Origin: Dimorphilus gyrociliatus
Taxonomy: Eukaryota; Animalia; Annelida
NCBI GenBank assembly: GCA_904063045.1
Contig: CAJFCJ010000021.1
Span: forward strand, 372,001-436,000
DNA length: 64,000 nucleotides
Direction: 5' to 3'
The notes beneath the pieces are model-generated. The model was given only the letters and a program-made list of their open reading frames with translations, was not told the origin of the DNA and did not search any database. Positions 1-11,400 of this stretch are shown in pieces. Each line of letters begins with the position of its first letter. Position 1 is the stretch's first letter. Made by a program: the position numbers and the translations under genes.

Positions 1-339
1 ACGTGACCGAAACATATACTATAGAGGGCGTAATAAAAAGTAATAACATTTCAAAACACTGACTAAGCTCGTGTATCATCAAATGCTTGTCGGGATATGT
101 TATTCATACGTGGTTTTTTTTCTAAAAACTTGGTTGCCTAATCATTATTAGTCAGCAGAGCTAGAAATTTCTCAATGCCGATTGGCCGCCATTATTTTGC
201 TTTATTATTCCGCTAGTCGAGGTTATTGCATACTATTTCGAAACTAGGAAATTTTACGCAGTCGCAACTTTATTTCGGTTTTCCTGCTGGTCAACCGCAA
301 GTTTTCTGCAATTTTCTTGGCGATAAAGAACATTTAATT

Positions 340-2675
340 ATGCCTAAATTACGTAATTGGAAAAAGAAGGCTGCTAGTAGACGTGCTGCCCTTATTCGAT
401 GGGGCAAAATTAATCCTAGTTGTAAGTCAAACTTTAAGGCTATTCCTCACCTATTTGTTCTTACTTTCGCTTATCCGTCTCTGTTCTTCGATACTGATAA
501 CTAAACGAACACTTATTCTTCGTATTATCTTTTTTCATCTGTCATTATTCATTAAGTTATGCTTTAACTCTTTGTTATTTTTTTTCTTTTACAGCTACAA
601 TACAGCCTCAACTGAATGATTCACCACAAAAAATGGCGCCTAAAACCGTTCAGGGAAGAATGGGTGGTTTAGATATGCTACTTCTTGCAGGACAACAACA
701 GCTCTACAATGACGAAGCAAAAATCAAAGCTGTCCATCCCCCTCGTCCAGTTCAAGTTCCTCAACAGAACCTTTCTTTATACGAACGACAAAACAACATT
801 CCGAAATTGGCTACGCCAGCCTTAACGAGCTTCAGTCCACATTCCTCAGAAAATACAAATGCAAGAACCTTTTCTCAAAGACAATCACACGCGACCGTTT
901 TAAATCGTTCGCTCAATTTTGTACAACATCCCTCTCAGCCTCATCAGCTACCTCCTTGTGTTTATCCTAATGAAAATGTACACAATTCCACGCATTTAAC
1001 TAGGACATACGACCAGAATATACCTATTGATTATTCTAGTTCCAACGATATGCCTTTAGATTTATCTTGCAAAAAAGGGAAGGACGAAAAACAAAAGAAA
1101 ATGTCGCTGATGCAATTGGCTGAAATGTGTTCATCTCAACTACAAGCTGTAGAATCACAGAAGCCACCTCAAAATCAATCTACTCCTAAAAGGCAGCCGA
1201 GTCCTGCAAAACCATTAAATACTGCGTTGAACGGTTCATATCAGAGTTTATCTGCTTTCATCTCTCATAAAATTGAAACTACAGTAAGAGGTGGTGACAC
1301 CCAAATACCAACGGTAAATACAACAGTAAATAAGAAGGACGAAAATTGGAATGAAAGAAAAAATGAACCGAAACAAGAACAACTAAATGGTAAAATGATG
1401 ATGGATCGAATAATTGAAAATTTGCTAAGTCAAAACACATCTAATAACTCAAAGTCAGGCGTTTCTAGGTCAGCCATGTTTCAGAATGCGATGGTCAAAG
1501 CGGAAGGTCAGCCTTCAGAGAACAATGTTTATCAACCGGTGAATACGAATACTAGTTCAAAGATGAAGATGAAGACAAACGCAAACTCAAACGCTAATAC
1601 ACATACAAATTCAAATATAAGTGTAAATCCCAATGCGAACTCGAGAAATTCTGCTCCGCCAAAAAAGAGATACCAAGCCCAAGCAGCAAACACGAAAGAA
1701 AAGACTTTTGTAAATTACGGCGATGTCCAAGAATCGCTCATACGAAGTATTATTTATTCAGATAGTCAAATGGTAAAAGATGAGAAGGAGGAGAAAAAGA
1801 TTGCCGTTGTCCCTCCACATACGGCTACTGCCGTTAAACAGTCTAATCATTCACACCAATCTAATCATTTGAAGGAATTAAGTAAAACTCCAGTGTCTTT
1901 GACAACCATTGGAAAGGGTTTACTTAATACTCCAACTATCACGGCCATGGCAGCAGTTATACCGCATGTGATGTGGAATCACAATCATATCGACACACCT
2001 AACGACGTGCCAAAAGAAGGAAGTCATCAGCCTTTACCATCTCAAAAACGTACTGCCACTGATGAAGAACACATACCACCTAAAAAGAGGAGGGAGCACA
2101 GAATGGTACATACACCTCAAGAACAAAAGAAGGAAGAAACAAAAGAGCCCCGGCCTTGTAATAAAGGTAGCTAAAAAGCTTTTGTTCTCCTCCTCGATGT
2201 TAATCGATTTGTTTGATTCCAGTGAATGAGAAAGTACAGCAGAATAACGTAGTTGTATCTTCTTCTGAATCTACTACTTCAGCAAATTCTTTGCCTGCCT
2301 CACCCGCCAACTCATTAACTGGTTCTCAAAAACGAAAAGCTCGACGGAAAGGTATTACCCGCCTGATTGTCAACAAACCTGATACTTCAAATGCTGGTAA
2401 ATAAACTATCTAATAATAAATTTGTTTTTGCAGTTTTATTAATTAATCAATATGCTTATTTTCTTCTTTAAACAGAACCAGGATCACCTACCACCAGCGA
2501 GGGGTCTCAATTATCTCAGTCAGTTTCAGATAGCGAAATGTCAAGTAACGAACAGTCAGCAGAAAGGAATAAAAAGTCTGAAACGGAAGTTGGGACAGAA
2601 AAGCGTAATAACTCACATTCAGCAAACGATAACGAAGAAGAGGAGGACGAAGGTCGATTAGTTATTGATGAATGA
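340..2675 (+). CDS. Uncharacterised 675-aa low-complexity nuclear protein carrying corepressor-type linear motifs
   Basis: Four phase-compatible exons: 340-421, 595-2166, 2223-2396, 2476-2675 (GT-AG introns, 2028 nt = 676 codons). The product is rich in S, N, Q, P and K with no recognisable folded domain. It contains PLDLS (1053-1067), LDMLL, MDRIIENLL, basic NLS-like stretches (PPKKRR, KRKARRK) and an acidic C-terminus ending RLVIDE. Confidence 0.8.
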
Positions 2676-3286
2676 TTGCAGTGCATTTTTTTCTATTACT
2701 ACGTCGAAAATCCGATTCTTATTTTAAATGTGTTTTTTTTTTAATTGTACAGACTACTATCATTTTAAAAGAATTGTTTTGTTAATGACTAATTTAGTAA
2801 TATTCCTCTTTTAAAGCTTCAAAATATTTTGAAGCATTTCAAATACATGGATTATTTGTAAAATATGTTCTATTTATTACGGAAGAAGATTGTTTCAAGC
2901 GTAATTTGATACAAGATACAGTTAATTGTATAAAAATATCGTAAAAATGAAGTTTTTGTATAACAACAAAGTCTTACTTAATCGCTGTTTTTATCAGATT
3001 AATAAATATTAATAAAAATTAAAAGTAGCTAACTGTACTATTGACCTAGATCAACATTCGTAACATTTCCAGATAATTCACCTATCAATTTAAGGTCAAA
3101 TATTGACACCATGTTTACGATTTATACCGCCATCTTTCGATAACAAATTTGTTACACGGTCTTTTCGTAAATAATTTTTTATTATGATTTATTTATATAT
3201 TTTTCATAGTATATCTAAAAATTTTGGGATAAATATGAGTAACTATCCATGGGATTAACAGTATATGAATAACTCGATCCAATTGA

Positions 3287-4298
3287 TTAATCTGTACCAA
3301 AATACTTCATTCCGAAATGTTTTGGAGCAACTGAATTTACTTCAGATGTTAAGATTTTTAAGCCTTTAAGATCTTTTAGAGCTTTCACACCTGTGCGTTA
3401 ATAAAAAGTAAATAATAAAATAAAAGTAATCATAAGTAAATAAAAGAAAGAAATAACTGAACATTGAAATTTAACCTTGTGGAGTGCAAAATAAATTTAA
3501 GACTATTATATTGTGGAGTTCGACAGAGTGATTCTGTAACACTCGAACAGCTTTTATGATCGTATTTCCAGTACCTGTTTTATAAAACATTCTCCATTAA
3601 CATATATATTAAAACTATTGGGGTTAATTTACTTACTCATTATTGGGTACATTAATAAAACTTTGCGCTTATGTATGTCAGAAGGAAATTTTGAATAAAA
3701 CAATTTAGCTTCTTGAGTGTCTTCCTCGCTTTGTATGAGGATTTTACCAATTCTTATAGATCTGCAACAATCCCGTAAGCCTTTTTCCATAGCTTCACCG
3801 CTTCTCATAATGCTTACGCCACAATTTCCTTTTTCGAACATAAGACCTTCATATTCAGAACCTTCCAGAAAAGATTTGTCCATTAGGCTTAAGATTTAAA
3901 AATATATAAAAATATATATATGGAGTAATCTTAAACCTGTTGGAGTTTGAACAGTGCTGGGGCTGTATGGCAACTGATTTAGCCCCTCTTCAACGACTAG
4001 ACGTATCTATAAAAAAAATGAAATAACATATTTGCATTTTTATTTTGCATAGCAATATCGAGAATTGTTACCTACCAAACGATCAGCAGAGAAAATGAAT
4101 TCATTTCGACTTGTCGTCCTGAAGAAGTTTAAATGTATTATATTTCAAGTACAATTTTTTAAAGGTAACTTACTTATCTCTCAATATTGTTTGCAATTCC
4201 TTTATTTGATCTGTCACTTTGAGATGAATTAGTTTACAGCCATAATCTTCATCTTTAGGAATAGTTAAAGTATCTTGAACTAAGTCTGGTTCGCCCAT
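3287..4298 (-). CDS. UPRT: Uracil phosphoribosyltransferase homolog
   Basis: Exons 4298-4174, 4118-4076, 4006-3937, 3861-3637, 3574-3476, 3390-3287 join in phase. Translation contains GNCGVSIMRSGEAME..LRDCCRSIRIGKILIQS, LLMYPIMSTGNT and the C-terminus HFGMKYFGTD, all typical of animal UPRT. Confidence 0.95.
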
Positions 4299-4421
4299 GA
4301 TGATCAGATATTCTTCGAAACCTCGTGCAGAATTGTATTTTCGACCTGACAACAGGAAGCGGAAACTCTGAACAATAATACAAAAAAGATACCGAACAAG
4401 AAAAATACTCTCTAAATATTT

Positions 4422-4633
4422 AAAATGGCCGCTGTAACTCTTTAGTAGGTTACCATTAGTGCTTTAGTTTATGCTTTTTAAAGATCTCGTAAGACCATTA
4501 TTATTTTCTATAATAGCTTAAACTTTTCAATTAGTACTACTGTTATCGTTAAATAAATAAAAATCTTATATAGGGTAAATATGAGTGTACTTACGAAGAT
4601 TGCTAAGAACAAAGTCAAAATCAAAGATGGCGG
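4422..4633. promoter_or_regulatory. Bidirectional UPRT/SIAH promoter region with two YY1-like motifs
   Basis: The divergent start codons are at 4298 (-) and 4801 (+). AAAATGGCCGC at 4422-4432 and AAGATGGCGG at 4624-4633 match the YY1 consensus AANATGGC[GC]. Confidence 0.5.
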
Positions 4634-4800
4634 ATGTTGGTAGACGAAGAAATCGATCAGCTGGAACGAACCTCCCAGATTGCTGCAGAATATTACATAA
4701 TCCTTCCGAAAATACTTTAGTACGAATGTCGTAAGTTTCATAGTTTTTACCAACTAAGAATCACTAATAACGCTGTATTGCAATTTAGATTGTACCAAGA

Positions 4801-5814
4801 ATGAGCCGAGGCGGGGCGAATGGACTTGGCAGTGTCTTGCCAAAAACTTCCTTGAGTTTGGATAATAGAGGGAATATACCTAGTAGGAGAATCGTAAATG
4901 TACCAACTACCGCGGTCGATTCTTCTCCCATGCAGGGTACAGCCAGCACCCCTCTCCAACCGCAGGCAACTGTTGTTCCGACAACGATATCTATAGTACC
5001 TTCCGATCATAATATGACCGGACACGTTTCCATGTCAACGACTGGACAAACAGCTGATTTAGCTGCATTATTTGAATGTCCTGTATGCTTTGATTACGCT
5101 CTACCACCAATTACACAATGTCCATCCGGTCATATAGTTTGCGCCAGTTGCAGACCAAAGTTGCCGTCTTGTCCAAGCTGTCGAGGTCCTATCGGAGATA
5201 TAAGAAATTTAGCTATGGATAAAGTTGCCGCTAATATACAATTTCCTTGTAGATATCAAAATGCCGGTTGCACGGATATTTTCTTTTATCAGGATAAACC
5301 TGATCATGAAGAAATATGTGAATATCGGCCCTATCATTGTCCCTGCCCGGGAGCTTCGTGTCGCTGGCAAGGATCTCTTGAGCAAGTCATGCCTCATCTA
5401 CGTCACGCACATACCTCGATAACGACTTTGCAAGGCGAAGATATAGTTTTCTTAGCAACTGACGTTACTCTCCCAGGTGCTGTAGATTGGGTTATGATGC
5501 AATCCTGCTTTAACGAACACTTTATGCTAGTCCTCGAAAAGCAGGATAAACAGGATGGTGTGCATACCTTTTACGCAGTCGTGCAATTAATCGGAACTAG
5601 GAAACAAGCTGAAGCATTTGCTTATAAATTGGAATTAAACGGTCCTAGACGACGATTAACTTGGGAAGCGACACCTCGTTCGATTCACGATGGTATTGCA
5701 ACAGCAATAGAACAATCCGATTGTTTGGTTTTCGATACAAACATCGCTTTACTTTTCTCTGAAAACGGTAATCTTGGTATCAATGTGACGATATCAGCTT
5801 GTAATCAGCAGTGA
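4801..5814 (+). CDS. SIAH1: E3 ubiquitin ligase SIAH / seven-in-absentia
   Basis: Single coding exon of 337 aa. It has the RING ([28 protein letters not shown]), the SIAH zinc fingers and the substrate-binding domain ([50 protein letters not shown]). A 5' intron lies at 4731-4788. Confidence 0.97.
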   Translation: MSRGGANGLGSVLPKTSLSLDNRGNIPSRRIVNVPTTAVDSSPMQGTASTPLQPQATVVPTTISIVPSDHNMTGHVSMSTTGQTADLAALFECPVCFDYALPPITQCPSGHIVCASCRPKLPSCPSCRGPIGDIRNLAMDKVAANIQFPCRYQNAGCTDIFFYQDKPDHEEICEYRPYHCPCPGASCRWQGSLEQVMPHLRHAHTSITTLQGEDIVFLATDVTLPGAVDWVMMQSCFNEHFMLVLEKQDKQDGVHTFYAVVQLIGTRKQAEAFAYKLELNGPRRRLTWEATPRSIHDGIATAIEQSDCLVFDTNIALLFSENGNLGINVTISACNQQ

Positions 5815-5897
5815 TTACATCCCCTATTGAACTATTATCCTGGCACAGCCAGTCCTGCTCGCCTCTTGAATTATTTTAAATTGTTGTTTTTTTTTCG

Positions 5898-7860
5898 ATG
5901 TTAGTTCTTCGGACTATTAAAAGGACTATGATGGTTGCTGCCGCTTACAAGAAGCTAAACCTGCCAATGGATACGGTAGATTTATCCAAAATTAAAGCAG
6001 CCTATTCAAATTTATTAAAAGAATTACATCCCGACACTTCAAAATCACCGAATGTTGAGCAACTTCAAGAAATTCGCACGGCATATAAGACTCTCGTCTC
6101 TCATATCTCAAAACCACAAACCAAAGTTGAACAAAGTGAAGATATAGTAGAACTTGCAAATAACTCCGAAAGGCAAGCTCAACATAGGCGATTTTTGGAA
6201 TACGAGGTAAACAATATTAAAATATATATTGCTTTTTAACTTAAGTTTACAATTAATTGAAAAACCGTGTTGAGAATTCTTCAACATAGAAAAGAGCTAC
6301 AGTACTGTTTTTATTCTGATTGCTGTTTCTGATTGACTATACGTATTAGATATATAAGAAATGTTATATCAAATACTTTAGGACAGTTAATACATAATTA
6401 ATATCTTTTCCTTTCGCTGATCGACATCAGGAATATGTTTCTTCAATATTAATTATAAACATGTTTTGTTCCTTTATTCCTGGAAAAATACTTGATATTG
6501 TAATCATTATAATATAGAAGGACCTGGATTGCTTCTCGTACAAAAAAAATAACGATGAAAAATATGACTCAGATAAAAATCTGGTTTAAATGAATCATTT
6601 AATAATATGTATTTGTCAGAAGTTTTTTGCATCTATTTTGGGTTGGAATGCCCTCATCAAAACCAGTCATACGTGAATAATATACAGTGTATTGTTTTAG
6701 TCATTGAGGAAAAATCTTTAATTTAATTATATAAACTAGATATTTTTATGTTAGCAAAAGATGTATATAGCATAAAATACGTATACTTTTCATTTGATAT
6801 TTGACATATAAGCACCCTTATTATATACCAAGAATTATTGTTACCAAGTTTCAATAATAGCAATAATACTCTTTTATGAAAAATATTTCCCTTAGCTGGA
6901 TTATGAATTGTCCTATTTGGTAGATCGATAATTAGCTTTTTGATTAAATAATACCAGATTTTTATTGAAATTAAAACATATTCTATTCGATTCAGTTTGG
7001 AATATATTATTGATTCTCAACAATTCGCATTGCGGCCACACTTTAGGGTATAATTTATCATTTGTTATACTCTCCCTGGGAATTTAACTTTTTCATTAAC
7101 AATTGTTAGATGTCTTGAAATCCTCTGAGATTATTTTACGCAGTTGTTTTATTTTTAATTAAGCATTCTTTACAACACTTTTATTTATCCATTAATACTT
7201 TTATAGGGAATGGGAACTATATTCGAGCGTCAGCGTCAAGCATCCAGCCGACGAGTTCAAAATGCTTTAGATAGTATTCATGAACGAACCGTTTCAAAGC
7301 ATATACCTCATGGATTGGTTTTAGCTAAGAAACAAAAAGCATCGAATGCCATGGAACGAGTTGTTGAAGATTTAATATTAGAAGCTTTTTCTCGAGGTGA
7401 TTTTACTAATTTACCTGGATCCGGAAAACCCATTAAGTCGGATGGATTGGTGTCCCATATAGACAGTGCATCATTTCGACTGAATAAAATTTTAATGGAT
7501 CAAGGATATAGGCCCGAATGGGTGGATCTGCATGCAGATATAAAAAGATCTATTTTGCAAGCAAAACGCAAATTTCGAACTAATCAATCGTTTAGTGAAT
7601 TGGAAACGAGCATAGTCGAAATCAACAAGAAGGTTTTCAAATACAATTTAATAGTACCGTCCATGCATCAGCAGTTAATGCCCTATGATATAGAGGTTCT
7701 TTACAAAAAGTTCCTTGAGTTACCACCATTAATTGAAACTCAGCAAACTTCGGCTACATCTCAAGAGAAGCCTGTTGAATTTAATGACAATATGACATTA
7801 AAAGGTTTGCTGAAAGACTGTTGGCGGCATTTAAAGCTCTTGTTTCGCGGCATTTTTTAA
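5898..7860 (+). CDS. DNAJC28: DnaJ homolog subfamily C member 28
   Basis: Exons 5898-6206 and 7207-7860, separated by a 1000-nt phase-0 intron. The J domain has an intact HPD (LHPDT). HRRFLEYE-GMG spans the junction, followed by the DUF1992-type region (AFSRGDFTNLPGSGKPI, LNKILMDQGYRPEWV). Confidence 0.9.
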
Positions 7861-8417
7861 CTAGGTATTTGCTGATTTTTTTTAAAATTTTCACTCTTTG
7901 CACGTGTAATTAATTTGCTTCATTTTTAGATATATTGCGTTTAGTCAAATTGTACATATAGTAAATGTATTAACAAAACGATATCAGAATATAATTTAAA
8001 AAAGGTGTGAAGAATAAATATGTATAATTAACGTGTTTATTCGTTCGTCCATCGAAATCAACAGACGTTAGTACGTTAAGAGTTGAATCGACAAAATAAA
8101 CTTTCAACTATTTCATTTTTTCATCGTTATATCCTTTGAACAATAAAATGCGATAAATCATGTAATAATTATAACTTGGCACAACTTATTGAAAAAGTTT
8201 TTATGTTAAATAAAGTGCGTTCTTTGCATTACTATGTCAATACTTTGTTTTTATAGAATTTAATTAAAAGTGGTATCATGACTTCTCGTTAATTTCAGAC
8301 TTAATGAATTATAAAGAAATTCTATGTTTCTTTTCAATGAAAAGAACTTCCGCCGGGCTTTTCCGGTTTAGATATTTTTCATACAATGTAAACTGGTAGA
8401 CCACTATTGTGTGTAGA

Positions 8418-11400
8418 ATGGCTACTGCATTACGTTTGTATCTCTCGTTGGGATGTTCCAAATTTTCAAATACCACAGTTGCTCGATGTGGTCAACTAAA
8501 TGTTAAACTTTTAAATCCTGGGAAGTCAATTAGTAATCAGTCATGGAGCATGCGATTAAATGCTCGTCGCTTCCATCAGGTACAATAACTTAATTTCGGC
8601 TTATCTGCGTTCGCCCTTTTAAAAGTTCTTGACAATTTCTTTCAGTTAAGTAAGACAAAGAGTAGTAAAAGGAATTTATTTGGAAAGAATGAAAAGAAGT
8701 ATAACTTTGTTAGTTGCAATAGTTATGTAAATACTCCTGGAACTATTCAAAATAATTGAATTTTCAGAGTTATCCAATAGTACGAAAGTGTTTTCATCCT
8801 GGCGTTTCAAATATTTCGAGAGATGCAATAGCAGGAAAACAAGCCAAAGTAACAGGATGGGATATAGCAAAAACAATGTTAACCTATGTTTGGCCCAAAA
8901 ATAAAAAAGGAATAAGGATCAGAGTAGTCATTGCACTATCTCTATTAGTTGGATCGAAAGTAAGAAAATATTCAATAACTTTTATGCATCTGTTAAAAAA
9001 TTTAAAGTTCACAGAGCGATATATTATTTTCTTTTGCTTCTTATCACAGGTCTTGAATATTCAAGTGCCTTTTCTTTTCAAGAGTCTAGTTGATCATCTT
9101 AACGATAAAAATAATTTGCTTAATATGACTACACCTCAGAATACAGTAATAACTTTAGCAACTGCTCTTGTTATAGGATGTACGGTGACATTTATAGCCT
9201 CTCCAAATTTTAAGTCATTTTTTAAATATGGCAATTATATGATTTCATTCTGCAGATGGCGTAGCTAGAGGAGGTGCTGCTGGTTTTAACGAACTTAGAA
9301 ATGCTATATTTGCTAAAGTTGCGCAAAATTCAATAAGACGAGTAGCAAAGAATGTCTTTTTACATTTGCACTCACTAGATTTGAATTTTCATTTGAGTCG
9401 TCGAACGGGAGCCTTGTCAAAAGCTATTGATAGGGGTACGAGGTAATAAATTTTTATCATTTAGCTAATTATTCATTCTATATTTAGATGTATGTTCTCT
9501 TACTTTTTTTATTTCAAAAGCCATCATGATTAAGGGAAATTTCTATATCTCGAATATTGTACTATTTTTAAACGTAGTTCTTAAGAAATTAGTAAATTTG
9601 CAATGTCGAATCGTGAAATAAGAACAAAAATAGATTTATAGTTATAAAGCATAAAGAAATAAGAAAATTAGTTTCATGCGATAGCATTTTAAATATTATT
9701 TCGATTTTATATTCATTTAAATAATATCTAAGATAATAATTTAACCTAGTTCTCTTTGTACCAGTTATTAACAACAATTTAAAATAACAATAATAAGATT
9801 TTTTTAAGATTGCTCATTTCCTATCTTAATTATTTATCAGAAATTATTTCGTCTCTTCCTAGATCTGTAAAGTAGTAATAAAGATATTTCGTATTATTTA
9901 AAATTCTATCGACTTGTATTTAGAGTAAATAGAAGCTGGAATTAGTTAATGATGTATAATTAGAGGTAGATCAAATATTCAACCTTGATTTTTATCTAGG
10001 TTAGCCATGATCTGATTTTCATGAAGAATATAGATATAATGTTATTATAAACAAACCATACGCTTTCATTATTCTCTTTGATTGTTTAGAAATAATGTTT
10101 TAACCTTATCCTTGGAACAGTTTATGATGATGCTAAAACACAGCGTCTCGTCTGGAGCCTATAAATAGTCTATTTGCAGACAAAGTCTCTCGTTAATTTA
10201 GTTCTTCTTTCTATGCTTGATATTTTATAATTTTAAGGAGTTTCTTCATTCTATACTGATGTCTTGAAAAAATGTAGTTGTAGCTTAATTATTGTACTTT
10301 ATAATAAACAAATCGAAGAGTAGAAAAAGGATAAAGTAGACGAAAATGAGACAAAATCTTAACACTTAAATTGCTTTAATTTACGTTAGATAGAAAATAT
10401 GCTTTAGAATATCATATATATTACAATTTATAAGAAAAGTTCTCTTTCTTCTAAAGCCTATTCCTCTCATGTCCTTGTATTTCTCTTCATTTATTAAATC
10501 TTTGTTTCCTAAATATGAAATTAAAGTCTCATGGACATTATACGCTTTTTTTTTATATAGAAGATATGACAGCTGAATTTGACAGTAATTAACCATAGTT
10601 GCCATAGATATACAGCATTTAGCTATTTTTCGTTTATTCAAGAATGATAACTTATTTACATAAAGGAATGTATTTTTCATTCGTCCAATTAAACATTTTC
10701 CAAGCGATTACTGTTAATTCTGAGACGCTTTTTAAAATTTATAAAAATGTCACATATACTAAGAAATTTCTTTCTGAGTAATCTGTTCTGCAAAGTCGCC
10801 CACCGATTTTTTCGGTGCAATACGTAACAGAGAGAGGGAGAGAGAGTTTGAAGTAGATGGAGAAAGAAACGAAAATATAAAACTATTAAACAATTTACTA
10901 ATCCTTAAAAGAGTCTGTTGGCACGGAATTCTCACATATTCTTCTTAATATTTATTCAGAGGCATCAATTTCGTATTAAGTGCTCTCATTTTCAACGTTG
11001 TTCCTACTATTTTAGAAGTTTCCCTTGTTAGTGGCATTCTTGTAAGTTGACTTACTATTAATTAGTATACTAGATTGTTTTTTAATGAAATTTTTTTTAC
11101 AGTATTATAAGTTTGGATTGCAATACGCCGGGGTAGCCTTAGCTTGTATATCAGCCTATTCGATTTTTACGCTTGGAATAACATCCTGGAGGTATCTATC
11201 TAGTTTATTAAAATAAAAATGAAATATATGGATTTATATCTAATTAAAATTATTATTGTTGTACTCTTATTCTTATTCTGTTCTTAATGCTGTTGAAGGA
11301 CAAAATTTCGGATCCAAATGAATAAAGCCGACCAGGTATGTATTAAACAAAATAATGATAATAATAATCTAATTACCGTATTTCACCTTTAAAAGCATTA

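Noticed and set aside
3637-3660. UPRT PRPP-loop reads LMYPIMSTG rather than the microbial LxDPMLATG
   Set aside because: This is the known state of animal UPRT homologs and is not novel.
9860-10170. Possible nested minus-strand mini-gene (MANLDKNQ...) and a box C-like ATGATGA (10124) in the long ABCB7 intron
   Set aside because: The product would be about 24 aa with weak splice sites. No terminal stem or convincing box D pairing supports a snoRNA, so chance is a sufficient explanation.
10801-10817. Hairpin CACCGA-N5-TCGGTG in an ABCB7 intron
   Set aside because: A single 6-bp stem is expected by chance in 64 kb.
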